Shown here piece after piece: positions 35,719 through 45,504 of a stretch of DNA of 64,000 bases. Positions within the stretch are counted from its first letter, which is position 1, and every line of letters begins with the position of its first letter. The notes beneath the pieces are model-generated. The model was given only the letters and a program-made list of their open reading frames with translations. It did not search any database and had not been told where the DNA came from. The DNA comes from Candidatus Hydrogenedentota bacterium (GTDB taxonomy: Bacteria; Hydrogenedentota; Hydrogenedentia; Hydrogenedentales; JAEUWI01): assembly GCA_034669905.1 (NCBI GenBank), contig JAXMOL010000039.1, positions 1-64,000 of the forward strand, read 5' to 3'. Both the position numbers and the translations under genes were made by a program.

Positions 35719-37848
35719 CTACTTCGCCCGCGTCTCTGCAATCTCTCCGGTATACACCACTTCGCTCCAGTCCTCAATTCCGATGACCGCCTTCGCAAAT
35801 TCGGTCGCTTCGGCTTCTTTGTCCGTGCCCAAGGCTTGGAAGACATACCACACCGGCTTCTTGCCGTGGGGGTCTTCCTCGTCATCCGGGAAACGGCGGA
35901 GCCCAATCCGCAGGCCCCCTTCGTGGCGGTTGTCGACCCAGTTGTGAACGTGGAACATACTCACCGAGTCCAGGGCCTCCATTTTTTTCCAGAGATAGGC
36001 CATACAGGCCGCCTGGTCCCGCAGCGACTCCTCGGAGTAGTCGGGTGAGTTGGGAGCCTGCTCCGTAAACTGGACGTCCCGCACGTGTTTTCCCAGATAG
36101 CGGGTCTCGGGTCGTTTTACCCAGGCGTTGATGACCTCCATGTTCTTAAACGTGATGCGGGGGGTGTCAAAGGAGAACCATGCCGTGTCATCTTCCCAGG
36201 CGCGGGGATCGCGCAGGTTTTCCGGGTAGGGGTGGTAGGCAATGGCCCAGGGGAAATCCCCTTCGGCGCGGCTGAAATCCAATAACAAGTGGAGCAGGTC
36301 CTTGCCCTTATAACAGTGGTCCGCATAGACCGAGTCCCAGTGGTGTTCCAGGGAGATGTAGACCTTCGCGTGGGGGTCATACTGCCACGCAATGAGCTGG
36401 GTCATTCGCATGGACTTGTGGTAGGCATCCATATAGCGCAGGGCGGATTTCTCCCCCATATTGGTCCACACCCAGCCCGAGTTTACTTCGTTGTGCACAA
36501 TCCAATGGTGGATACGGCCAAATTCTCCGTCGGGACGGCTGTACCGTTCGGCCAGGAAATTGAGCGCCGCAGCATAGGCATTCACTCCCTCGGGACGCGT
36601 AAAATTGGGCATGACGTAGATGCCCGCCGGGTCCGCATCGGGGTGGGCTACAAGACGGGAGAAACTGCCTTCGGGTGCATCGCCCGCTTGCCCCAACAAG
36701 ACAATGGCGGATACGACGACGTCATAGGTCGCGGCAAGCTGCATGGTGGCGTCCATCTGGGCTACGGCACCGTTGTCCGTGTACCACGTACGCCCGCCAT
36801 ACTCAAAGGCGGTGCGTCCCTCGCCGCCCTCGGCGCGCATGAAATGCTGGAGGATAATATTCACCGTCACCGCCGAAACGTCCAGGTCCTTCACATCTTC
36901 CACGGGACGACCGGGGGAGAAGGCACCCAATCCCTTACGATTGCGGAGTGGGGCTTCTGTCAGTCCTTCACGGTGGGTTACGGTGTCGGCATAGCGTCCG
37001 TGAGCGAGGAGCGTCAGGCCGATTTCGTTTTCCCGCGCCACAGCCCAGCGAGAGTAGAGGCGGTCCCGACCCTGTTCGTCAAAACGGGGGATGACCTGCT
37101 CGTGGAGGTCACGGTTACCGTCCCGGATAGCATCATGAAGTATCCAGTCGTTAGGATTGGTCGCCTCGCCCCATACGGGAATCTCGACGAGTACAATACG
37201 GCGGGCCGCTCCCCGAGGATTAACCGTCACGCGAACGGACTCGTGCTCCACCTCGACCCGCTCAATGGTGGCAGGGTAGGGGGTGTCGAGATAGGTGCGC
37301 GTGGTCTGGTCCAGGGCCGCTTCCCGCGCTTTCCGGTCCGCCGCGTCGCGGGCCAGGCGTTTTTCCGTTTCATTCAGGGGGCGCAATTGGACCCCACGAA
37401 TCTGGGCGCTCTTCTCCGCCTTGCGTCCGAAGTCGATGCGCAGTTGGGTGACGGGTGCCGTGAGTTTTTCCAACAGAGGCGTCAGGTCAATCCGGTGAGA
37501 AGACCAGCCTTCGCTCCGGCTCAATCCCGAGGCCCGGACCGTGACGGATTCTTGCTGGGGGGGCACCGCAAAGACCTGGAATTCATCCGTCCCGGTGAGA
37601 CTGAAATACGCGAAGGAGAGAATGGGATTCGTGGCGATATCGAGGCCGCCGGGCACCACGTTCGTGAAGAGGTAAGGGTCCGAACCCGTGGTGGTGATTT
37701 CGTAGACACCGCCATCGAGCGTCGTCAGCGTCAGGTCGTTGGCACGGTCCGGCGTCAGGGTCAGGGGCTGGGATTCGGCAGAAACAAGGGGGGCGATAAC
37801 CAGGCTGAGAAGCGCCAAGGCAATCAGGCGCCGTGAGGGGTACTTCAT
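35719..37848 (-). CDS. Secreted DUF5722-like, clan GH-A-type TIM-barrel glycoside hydrolase candidate
   Basis: Signal peptide from ATG 37848; FLAERYS, HHWIVHNEV, ISLEHHW, AYHPYP, ITFKN.E, FTEQ. Confidence 0.78.
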   Translation of the reverse strand: MKYPSRRLIALALLSLVIAPLVSAESQPLTLTPDRANDLTLTTLDGGVYEITTTGSDPYLFTNVVPGGLDIATNPILSFAYFSLTGTDEFQVFAVPPQQESVTVRASGLSRSEGWSSHRIDLTPLLEKLTAPVTQLRIDFGRKAEKSAQIRGVQLRPLNETEKRLARDAADRKAREAALDQTTRTYLDTPYPATIERVEVEHESVRVTVNPRGAARRIVLVEIPVWGEATNPNDWILHDAIRDGNRDLHEQVIPRFDEQGRDRLYSRWAVARENEIGLTLLAHGRYADTVTHREGLTEAPLRNRKGLGAFSPGRPVEDVKDLDVSAVTVNIILQHFMRAEGGEGRTAFEYGGRTWYTDNGAVAQMDATMQLAATYDVVVSAIVLLGQAGDAPEGSFSRLVAHPDADPAGIYVMPNFTRPEGVNAYAAALNFLAERYSRPDGEFGRIHHWIVHNEVNSGWVWTNMGEKSALRYMDAYHKSMRMTQLIAWQYDPHAKVYISLEHHWDSVYADHCYKGKDLLHLLLDFSRAEGDFPWAIAYHPYPENLRDPRAWEDDTAWFSFDTPRITFKNMEVINAWVKRPETRYLGKHVRDVQFTEQAPNSPDYSEESLRDQAACMAYLWKKMEALDSVSMFHVHNWVDNRHEGGLRIGLRRFPDDEEDPHGKKPVWYVFQALGTDKEAEATEFAKAVIGIEDWSEVVYTGEIAETRAK

Positions 37849-38007
37849 GGACAATTCCTTTGTGGGGTTAAACTGGGGCACAGTATGCCAGATTGCAACG
37901 CGGAGAGGGGAGCTTCCAAGCCTCATAGCCGATCCGCTGGATTCATTGTCCTTTAGGTCCTTTACGGTGCTCTGAGGGCAGCTCCTCCAGAAGCTGAGCA
38001 GCACCCA

Positions 38008-40401
38008 CTACTTTCCCGCGAAGGTATCCGGTCCACCCAGCCAGCGATAGGGGCTCGAAAACTGGACCGTAGCGCGGCCATTGGAAAAGTTACCAGCGCG
38101 TTGAAACCGAGGCGGGATGACGCACTTGCCGGTGGTGTCGATGTAGCCGTAACGTAAAGACTGGAACTCATCGTCTTGAACCCCAGCGTATGCGAGCCCT
38201 TCGAAGAACGGACTGACGTGTCTGAACTGAGGCGTGATCGCCATCGCGCCGTTCTTGTCGATGTAGCCCCAGCGGTCCTTTGGCGCGTCCCCCGTATTGA
38301 CGGCTGCCAGGCCTCCACTGAACCACGATGCACCGGAGTAGGTAAGAGCAATTACCAGCTCTCCCTTCGCATTGGCGAAACCGTAGCGCATCCCGCCCGA
38401 TTCCGTGCTTTCAGCCACCATGATCAGGCCTTCATTTGAAGGGATGATGATTTCGTACAAGGCGGGAAGAATCTCGTGGCCATCGCGGTCGAGGAGACCG
38501 TAACGCCGACCGGTGGGGCCCGACTTCCTAAAGGTCATGGAGCCGTCGGAATAGACCGCCTGTATATTTCGCTCCGCCCCAAAAATAATTTGACCGGTGT
38601 TGTCGATGACCACTGTTTTCCAATCTTCGAGCCGGACAATGGCCCGTCCGCTTTGAAAATCGTTGGCCTGCTCGAATTGTGGTGGGATGACGATCGTGCC
38701 ATGGGCGTCTTCATACCCCCATTTACCGTCCTTCGCGACGGGAAAGGGGCCTTCCCCTACGCGCGGTGCCGGCTCCGAGGCCAGATTGCCGCGGGTATCG
38801 ATGTAAACGGGGGCAGCGCCTCGGCTAACTTGGGCAATACCCTCTCGAAATTCACCCGCGTAGGTAAACTGAGGTGGGATAGTCAGGGCACCGGTCGTAT
38901 CGATGTAGCCCCAGACGCCGTTCACAAAGGAGGGCATGGGATCCGGTTGTTCTTCGAACCAGGTCTCCCAGCGTACTTGCGCCGTTTTCATTTGCTCCCG
39001 GGAAAGATCGGTCAACGGTGCCTGGGCATCGCCGAGATACCAGCCACCCGCGACCTGGCGCACGAGTTCCAGCGCACGGTTTCGTTTCTCCGGGGCCTCG
39101 TCATCCAACAAGGTGATGAGATTCTTAATCAGAATTCGGTGTTGGGCCACGGGCAAGGGGGAGCCAAATTTGTAGCTATTGTGCAAGCGATACTTCACAC
39201 GTTCGTCCGCGTCCAACAGAAGCGAGGTGGCACGGGGACTTTCCATCAAGCTAAGGCCATGGCTCAAGGCGTTACGCTTGATGTACTGGGGATCGGCGTG
39301 CACCCACTGCTCAATGACCGGCAGGAAGTCCTCAGACAGGGAGAAGTGTATCGCCCCCAGGGCCGCTCGCTCACGGGATTGCCAATTCGTGGGGAGTTTG
39401 TCGGGGCCCGTCAGGTCACGCCACTGTTCCACCATCGCTTCCCGCTCCGCTGGTGTGCCAACGGTTATTTGAATGGGGAAACGTGCATAAACCTGGGCAG
39501 CGCCTATGGCACGTTGCCGCTCCGAGAGCACGTGGCGTTTAATGATATCGTCGCCTTGTAGGGGGGCACCAATCGCCGGCACCTCCTCGGCCAGGAGGGC
39601 GTGGATAGCATCAGGCATGTGCGCCAGCAGCGCGGAATCGTTCCTGTCTGACCCGATGGATTGGTCTTCGATGTAGTAGTGTTTGGAAACCTCATCCGTC
39701 GCGTTGTCGATCAGTCGACCATAGCCTTCCACGCGGTGCGTTTCAAGAACTTCCCGGGGCAGCAACGCCTTCGCCGCTTCCGTGAGTGCTCCGGGAGTGT
39801 GCCATCCCATTGGACGATAGAAACAGAAGAGTTCGTAGTGCCCCGGCTCGGTGATGGCGGCCCAGCGTTGGACGGCTTGCCAATCGGAGGAGGGGTTCTC
39901 CTTGTCGGCACGGTTCCCACCGCCCAGACCGCCACCGAAACCTCCCAGATTGGGGTGTACCTCATCGACCCAGGTTCCGTCATTCCGTCGAAGGAGAAAG
40001 TAGAAATTGTCATCCCGGCCCCGGGACCGATAATTACCGCCTCGGCCCTCGGTCCAGCTGCCCTCGCCATCGAGTTCGATACGATATTCGACGAGAATAG
40101 GTTCACCCAGCAAGAATTCCCCTTTCTCCAACCGGAAGCTCCGACGGAGATCGGCCGGATCGCAGTCAAAATCCGGCATAGATTTTCCCAACAGCGCGCC
40201 CGTCTCATGGTGGAGGGCCCGGCTGAATGGGATGGTGTTGTAGGTCGTACCCACGGAGTCGTCGGTGTCGGCTGCTACACTGGGAAGGGGTATCCAGATA
40301 TTTTCCACGTTGTAATTGATGGGAATAGGGGTGGGTAGCTCTTCCCCGTAGGCCACGAGCGCCATTACCAAGGACAAAAATCCACAAAGTGTGTTTCGCA
40401 T
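38008..40401 (-). CDS. Secreted protein with C-terminal WG repeats and HEAT-like middle region
   Basis: Repeated (W/Y)GYID..G...I.PQF..A..F..G.A units; signal peptide from ATG 40401. Confidence 0.85.
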   Translation of the reverse strand: MRNTLCGFLSLVMALVAYGEELPTPIPINYNVENIWIPLPSVAADTDDSVGTTYNTIPFSRALHHETGALLGKSMPDFDCDPADLRRSFRLEKGEFLLGEPILVEYRIELDGEGSWTEGRGGNYRSRGRDDNFYFLLRRNDGTWVDEVHPNLGGFGGGLGGGNRADKENPSSDWQAVQRWAAITEPGHYELFCFYRPMGWHTPGALTEAAKALLPREVLETHRVEGYGRLIDNATDEVSKHYYIEDQSIGSDRNDSALLAHMPDAIHALLAEEVPAIGAPLQGDDIIKRHVLSERQRAIGAAQVYARFPIQITVGTPAEREAMVEQWRDLTGPDKLPTNWQSRERAALGAIHFSLSEDFLPVIEQWVHADPQYIKRNALSHGLSLMESPRATSLLLDADERVKYRLHNSYKFGSPLPVAQHRILIKNLITLLDDEAPEKRNRALELVRQVAGGWYLGDAQAPLTDLSREQMKTAQVRWETWFEEQPDPMPSFVNGVWGYIDTTGALTIPPQFTYAGEFREGIAQVSRGAAPVYIDTRGNLASEPAPRVGEGPFPVAKDGKWGYEDAHGTIVIPPQFEQANDFQSGRAIVRLEDWKTVVIDNTGQIIFGAERNIQAVYSDGSMTFRKSGPTGRRYGLLDRDGHEILPALYEIIIPSNEGLIMVAESTESGGMRYGFANAKGELVIALTYSGASWFSGGLAAVNTGDAPKDRWGYIDKNGAMAITPQFRHVSPFFEGLAYAGVQDDEFQSLRYGYIDTTGKCVIPPRFQRAGNFSNGRATVQFSSPYRWLGGPDTFAGK

Positions 40402-40680
40402 GGTGCATTCTCCGATGGGTGCCCGTTGCCGCATTCGTACGTTTCAATCGGTTAAGGCCGAAACGGAAGGCCTATAATTGAAGTATCAACCATATTATCG
40501 GGTCAATCAAGTCTTGCGATAATCCCAGCGATACAGAATACGAGGTAGTCCCTGCCAATAGAGCGCTTCGATAGCGGATAGTATTTCGTCCATCCCATGG
40601 AGTCGTTTCCATCGTTTCCGTCCCGTAGGTCCTTTTACCCTTAACCGCGACCACGTACCGCAATGGCAGAAATTTCGTGC

Positions 40681-40710
40681 TTGATACATCTCCCCGCCAT
40701 GTACTACAAT
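40681..40710 (+). promoter_or_regulatory. Sigma-70 promoter of tRNA-Pro
   Basis: TTGATA, 18 bp, TACAAT; ends 12 bp before the tRNA. Confidence 0.6.
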
Positions 40711-40722
40711 TCGTTTCACATT

Positions 40723-40799
40723 CGGGGTGTGGCGCAGTCCGGTAGCGCACTACGTTCGGGACGTAGGGGCCGGAGGTTCAAATCCTCTCACCCCGACCA
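40723..40799 (+). tRNA. tRNA-Pro (anticodon CGG)
   Basis: Acceptor CGGGGTG/CACCCCG, D arm GCGC/GCGC, anticodon arm CTACG-TTCGGGA-CGTAG, T loop GGTTCAAATCC, encoded CCA. Confidence 0.98.
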
Positions 40800-40812
40800 T
40801 TTTTATGGTCGC

Positions 40813-40847
40813 AAACCGCATTTGACTTCGGTCGAATGCGGTTTTTT
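40813..40847 (+). terminator. Intrinsic terminator after tRNA-Pro
   Basis: AAACCGCATTTGAC-TTCG-GTCGAATGCGG-TTTTTT (cUUCGg tetraloop and U-tract). Confidence 0.9.
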
Positions 40848-40926
40848 GGTATATTCAGACTTCCTGACCCCTTTACTCAGGAAGCACATGTCCTCGTTTC
40901 GGGGCACAACGACAGGGGATTCGGCG

Positions 40927-41751
40927 ATGGCCGTCCAGATGGACCACACAGGTAAACGTTGGGTAGAAGTGAGCCGCGAAGTGGCGGGCACCCAGGAAGA
41001 AGTTTGGGATGCCATTGCCACCGGCCCAGGTATCTCGTCCTGGTTTGTGCCCACCGATGTGGAATGTGACCGGTCGGGCAAGCCGGTCCGGGTCGTTTCC
41101 CATTTCGGGGATGACCCCACCATGGACTCTGTCTCGAAAATCACCACGTGGGAGCCGCCTCATCGTTTTGTGGGTGTGAGTGCTGACCTGGGTCCCGATG
41201 CGCCGGAAGTCGAGACCGAATGGAGCGTGGACATCCTGTCGGGAAGTACCAGCATCGTTCGGGTGCGCCATCAATTGGTGAGCGAGGCCGATACGTGGGA
41301 TGTACAGATGGAAGATTGGGAGGGGGGATGGCCCTGGTTTTTCAATGTGCTTGGGCTGTATTTGCTCCATTTTCTCAGGCAGGAGAGTGCGGCCTTTCGG
41401 GTTATGGGCGGCGCACCCCAACCGACCTGGGATGCGTGGGACGACTTTTCCCATGCCATCGGTATCGCGAATGCGGAAGTGGGGGACCAGATCAAGGCCC
41501 CCGATGAATTGCCGCCCCTGGTGGGCACGGTGAAATTCACCAGCGGGGAAGATCAGGAGTTCGGCACCATCGCGCGGTTGGATGAGCCGGCAGCGGGAAT
41601 ACTCTCGGCCTTTGCGATGGCAATGGACGGACAGGTATTTCTGGTCCTGGATTTTTTCTTTTATGGTACCCAGGCCGTAGAGACGGCGGCCCGCTGGGAA
41701 GGGCGCTGGCACAACTGGATCTCAGAGCGATTTGGCTTCGAGGAAGAATAG
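40927..41751 (+). CDS. SRPBCC/AHSA1-domain protein
   Basis: EV.GT.EEVW.AIATGPGISSWFVP, T.WEPP.RF, EW.V, GW..F; real start ATG 40927 because the track ORF runs through the tRNA. Confidence 0.85.
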   Translation: MAVQMDHTGKRWVEVSREVAGTQEEVWDAIATGPGISSWFVPTDVECDRSGKPVRVVSHFGDDPTMDSVSKITTWEPPHRFVGVSADLGPDAPEVETEWSVDILSGSTSIVRVRHQLVSEADTWDVQMEDWEGGWPWFFNVLGLYLLHFLRQESAAFRVMGGAPQPTWDAWDDFSHAIGIANAEVGDQIKAPDELPPLVGTVKFTSGEDQEFGTIARLDEPAAGILSAFAMAMDGQVFLVLDFFFYGTQAVETAARWEGRWHNWISERFGFEEE

Positions 41752-41847
41752 GAAATACCTGAAAGATTCGACGGATTGACTATACATCCCGCGCCCCAAC
41801 GTAGTATCCTTTTCGGCGAGGCAATCCCCAACACGACAAGGCAAATC

Positions 41848-42897
41848 ATGACGGTTGAAGTTCAAAATGACACCCTGCTGCGGGCACTCCGTGGAGAAGA
41901 AACCCCCTACACCCCCGTATGGATGATGCGTCAGGCAGGCCGAACCGATCCGGAATACCTGGCCCTCAAGCAGCGCTTGGACTTGCCGCTGGAAGACCTC
42001 TTCCGTCATCCGGAGCATTCGACGGAAATCACGCTCCTACCCCAGCGTATCGGGGTGGATGCCCTCATCTATTTTCAGGATATTCTGACGCCCTTGGCGC
42101 CCATGGGAGCCGAGTTTGTCTTTGCGCCGGGGCCCCAATTGAAGACGCCCTGCGACAGCCTTCAGGCCATTGAGGCCCTCCATGCCTTCGACGTGGAAGC
42201 GGAGCTCCCCTTCGTCCGAGAGACCTTTCAGGGAATCTTCGGGAAGCTGGAGGGTGCCTTGCCCGTCCTCGGATTTGCCGGGGCACCGCTAACACTCGCC
42301 GTATTTATCCTCGAAGGAAAGAGCTTTGGGACCAGTGCAGACAAGGCCATGGCCTTCCTGGAGTCCGAGCCGGAAGCCCTCCATCAGCTCCTCGAAAAAA
42401 TCACGGTCATGACCATCGATTACCTGAAGTATCAGGCCGATTGTGGGGTGGCTGCGGTACAACTTTTTGAGTCGGCGGCCTTTTTGTTGTCCGAAGCACA
42501 ATATCGGGAATTCGCGCTGCCCTACCAGCAGCGCATCTTTGCGGCGCTCAAAGGCCATGTGGCCACCATCAACTTCGCACGGGAATGGTACGACCTCGGC
42601 GACCTTGACGCGGCCGGGGCCGACGTTATCAGTCTCCCTGCCACCATCAGCATCCGTGAAGCCCGGGCCCAGTTGGGCGTGGATCGGGTCTTTCAGGGCA
42701 ATCTGGACAACCAGCTATTGGCCCATGGCGCGGAAGCCGACATCGCCAGGGCAATCGAAGATTGTGTGGCGTCCGGGGAGCATCGGGGCCATATCTTTAA
42801 CTTGAGCCATGGCCTGTTGCGTGAGACGCCCTTCGACCGCGTCAAGGGCGTCGTGAAACAGGTCCATGCGATCCGCAGGGATGCCAAGCAGGAGTAA
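41848..42897 (+). CDS. hemE: Uroporphyrinogen decarboxylase
   Basis: TPVWMMRQAGR, DA.I.F.DIL, GFAGAP.TLA, VQLFES, QGNLD, HIFNLSHG. Confidence 0.95.
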   Translation: MTVEVQNDTLLRALRGEETPYTPVWMMRQAGRTDPEYLALKQRLDLPLEDLFRHPEHSTEITLLPQRIGVDALIYFQDILTPLAPMGAEFVFAPGPQLKTPCDSLQAIEALHAFDVEAELPFVRETFQGIFGKLEGALPVLGFAGAPLTLAVFILEGKSFGTSADKAMAFLESEPEALHQLLEKITVMTIDYLKYQADCGVAAVQLFESAAFLLSEAQYREFALPYQQRIFAALKGHVATINFAREWYDLGDLDAAGADVISLPATISIREARAQLGVDRVFQGNLDNQLLAHGAEADIARAIEDCVASGEHRGHIFNLSHGLLRETPFDRVKGVVKQVHAIRRDAKQE

Positions 42898-42901
42898 TCT
42901 C

Positions 42902-43072
42902 ATGGGGAAATTCCAACAGGTCCTTCTGTTCATGTTGGTCACGGTGATGGCCCTCAGTATAAGTGGCTGTGCGGTGCCTAGGGCGGCCGCAGGGGTCACA
43001 AAGGGGGTCGTAAAAGGCACGGGGAAGGTCGTCCATAAGACCGGTAGCGTGGTGACCAAGCCCCTGCGCTGA
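42902..43072 (+). CDS. Small basic lipoprotein (56 aa)
   Basis: AGGAG RBS; hydrophobic signal with lipobox ISG-C; amphipathic KG(V/T) repeats. Confidence 0.7.
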   Translation: MGKFQQVLLFMLVTVMALSISGCAVPRAAAGVTKGVVKGTGKVVHKTGSVVTKPLR

Positions 43073-43179
43073 CCGACAAACCGGGGACAAACCACGGATG
43101 AAACACCGTTGGGTCGGTACATTTTCTCCCCCTTAAATCATATGCTATACTCGGCGCTCAACCGAATGAAGGAGAAGTT

Positions 43180-44226
43180 ATGGCTACCGTAGGTTATGGA
43201 ATTATCGGATGCGGAAACATCGGACCAATCCACGCGGCGAGCATCGCCGAAGTGCGTGGGGCGCAATTGGTCGGAGTGGCCGACGTCCGTATGGAAACGG
43301 CAAAAAAACTTGCCGACCAATATGGCGCAGATGCTTTCGACGATTATAAAGAAATGCTCAAGCGGGATGATATTCACGCCATTTCCTTGTGCGTTCCCAG
43401 TGGGTTGCGCATGGAAATCGCCGTCGATTGTGCCAAGGCGGGCAAACACATCCTCTCTGAAAAGCCCTTGGATGTAACGACGAAACGTATCGACAAGATC
43501 ATCAAGTCCTGCGATGATGCGGGCGTGAATCTCGGCTGCATTTTCCAGAGTCGCTTTGCCGAAGGGTCCGAACAGATCCGCAAGGCCATTGACCAGGGCC
43601 GTTTCGGGAAAATAGTCCTGGGCGATGCCTATATCAAGTGGTTTCGCTCCCAGGAGTACTACGACAGTGGTGCCTGGCGTGGCACGTGGAAGTTTGATGG
43701 TGGCGGTGCCCTGATGAATCAAGGTATCCACTACATCGACCTCCTCCAGTGGTTTATGGGACCGGTGAAATCCGTCTACGCCCGCACGGCGCTGGTGGCC
43801 CACGAAGGCCTGGAAGTGGAAGATCTGGCTACGGCCATCCTGGAGTTCGAAAATGGGGCCCAAGGTGTGATCGAAGGCAGCACGGCCATCTGGCCCGGGA
43901 ATCCGGCCCGTGTCGAAATTCACGGCACGGAAGGGAGCGCCGCCATGGAAGACGGCAAGATCGTCTCCTGGCAATTCAAGAAGAAGCGCGCTGGCGACAA
44001 GAAAATTGAAGCCGCCATGGCCGGTGATTCTGAATTGGGCTCCGGTGCGTCTGACCCCCTGGCCAGTCTGAAAATTGAAGGCCACCGGCGTCAGATTGCC
44101 GACTTTACCAAGGCCATTCAAAAGGGAGTGCAGCCGGCCATTCAGGGGCGTGAAGGTCGTCTGGCCGTAGCCCTCATTGAAGCGATCTACAAGTCGGCCA
44201 AGACCGGCAAGGTGGTAAAGCTCTAG
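43180..44226 (+). CDS. Gfo/Idh/MocA family NAD(P)-dependent oxidoreductase
   Basis: GIIGCG.IG, GKHIL.EKP, WRGTW..DGGGALMNQGIH.ID; TG-C-TATACT extended -10 at 43143-43151. Confidence 0.95.
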   Translation: MATVGYGIIGCGNIGPIHAASIAEVRGAQLVGVADVRMETAKKLADQYGADAFDDYKEMLKRDDIHAISLCVPSGLRMEIAVDCAKAGKHILSEKPLDVTTKRIDKIIKSCDDAGVNLGCIFQSRFAEGSEQIRKAIDQGRFGKIVLGDAYIKWFRSQEYYDSGAWRGTWKFDGGGALMNQGIHYIDLLQWFMGPVKSVYARTALVAHEGLEVEDLATAILEFENGAQGVIEGSTAIWPGNPARVEIHGTEGSAAMEDGKIVSWQFKKKRAGDKKIEAAMAGDSELGSGASDPLASLKIEGHRRQIADFTKAIQKGVQPAIQGREGRLAVALIEAIYKSAKTGKVVKL

Positions 44227-44396
44227 GCCCTGGTGCAGGAGCGCGCTTTTAGTCGGCAATACGATTCGTAACACCCACCATACCTTTGCTATGGTGGGTG
44301 TTTCGTACCCTGAGGCGGCAGGGCGAGAGCGGTCCCTTACGTAGTCGTTTCCGGGGCCGATGGTATTCAAAACCTGGCAATACGAGGTATCTACAG

Positions 44397-45419
44397 ATGA
44401 TGAAGTTTTCCTGTTATGTCCTGACGCTGGCGTTGGTGTGGGCCGCGGGCCTGGCTACTGCGCAAGAGCTGACCGCCGAAGAAGCGGCCCAGGTGATCGC
44501 CCGGGTCGGAGACGAAGAAATCACCGCAGGCGACTTCGCCCGTGACCTTCAGTTTCGATTGGCCCAGATGAAAGCAACCACGGGGAAAGAGGTCCAGGCC
44601 GACCTGCGTATCCGGCGTGCCCTGATGAACGAATTGATCCAGGAGCGAGTCTTAAGTATTGCCGCCCGAAACGCCGACGTTACCGTGGACGACGCGACGC
44701 TGGATGCGGAGTTTACGGAACGAAAAGATATCTTCGATTCGGAAGAAGCCTATCAGGCCTATCTCGGTGCCCTGAAACTGACCGAAGATGAGCTGAAACG
44801 CCACATGCGGGCACGCCTGCGAATCAAAGCATTTATCGACGCCGAGACGGGACCTATCGAAGCGAGTGCCGAAGAGATTGAAGAATACTATGCGCTGTTA
44901 AAGTCCCAGGGTACCATGACCCGAACCAATGATACGCGGGACATCGCCGTGATCCTCTTCCGCGCCAAGGGCGGTACCGATGAGAGCTGGCGGGATGCCG
45001 AAGAGCGTGCGAAGGCGGCCCGGGAGCGTCTCACGGCCGGGGAGGCATTTGCCGACCTTGCCAAAGAGTTGTCGGAAGACCCGAATACCGCGCCAGACGG
45101 GGGTAAATTGGTTGAGATGCAGGTGGGGAGTTTCTATCCGGAGTTAGAAGAGGCCATGTCGGAACTTTCGATCGGTGATGTTTCCGCGCCGGTTCGAAGT
45201 GTCATGGGATGGTATCTTATCACCGTCCTCGAAGAAAACAGGCCGGGTATCGTGCCCTTGGAAAAGGTCGCCGACATGATTGAGAACCAGATTGTAGAAC
45301 GGGAACGGAAAGCGAAAATCAAGGAGATTGTCGCAGAGGCTCAGAAGCTGATTCGGGTAGAAATCGTGAAAGCGGAAGATGCTCCGGAAGACGTGGAAGC
45401 TGCGCCGGTGTCCCAGTAA
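44397..45419 (+). CDS. SurA/PrsA-like exported chaperone with a parvulin (PpiC) domain
   Basis: Signal peptide; IARVG.EEIT, L.ELI...L, F.DLAKE.SED..TA..GG.L, G.VS.PVRS..GW. Confidence 0.88.
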   Translation: MMKFSCYVLTLALVWAAGLATAQELTAEEAAQVIARVGDEEITAGDFARDLQFRLAQMKATTGKEVQADLRIRRALMNELIQERVLSIAARNADVTVDDATLDAEFTERKDIFDSEEAYQAYLGALKLTEDELKRHMRARLRIKAFIDAETGPIEASAEEIEEYYALLKSQGTMTRTNDTRDIAVILFRAKGGTDESWRDAEERAKAARERLTAGEAFADLAKELSEDPNTAPDGGKLVEMQVGSFYPELEEAMSELSIGDVSAPVRSVMGWYLITVLEENRPGIVPLEKVADMIENQIVERERKAKIKEIVAEAQKLIRVEIVKAEDAPEDVEAAPVSQ

Positions 45420-45504
45420 GTCGCCCCGGGCGATGGAGTAACGAAAACTAAATGAGCGCTGGGGTACGTGGTGCCGCAGGGTGAATTCTAGACAGGAAGA
45501 CCGT

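Noticed and set aside
40723..40799. tRNA-Pro as the integration site of a genomic island
   Set aside because: No integrase and no duplicated tRNA 3' end were seen in the window; the native terminator follows directly.
40472..40926. ORFs 40472-40750 and 40507-40719 and the N-terminal extension of ORF 40663
   Set aside because: They overlap the tRNA, its promoter or its terminator and have no recognisable motifs.
43071..43120. c-di-GMP-I riboswitch-like segment GGACAAACCACGGATGAAACACCGTTGGG
   Set aside because: It resembles the first hairpin only; the following GACGCAAAG and second stem are absent, and it lies upstream of the apparent -10 of the next gene.
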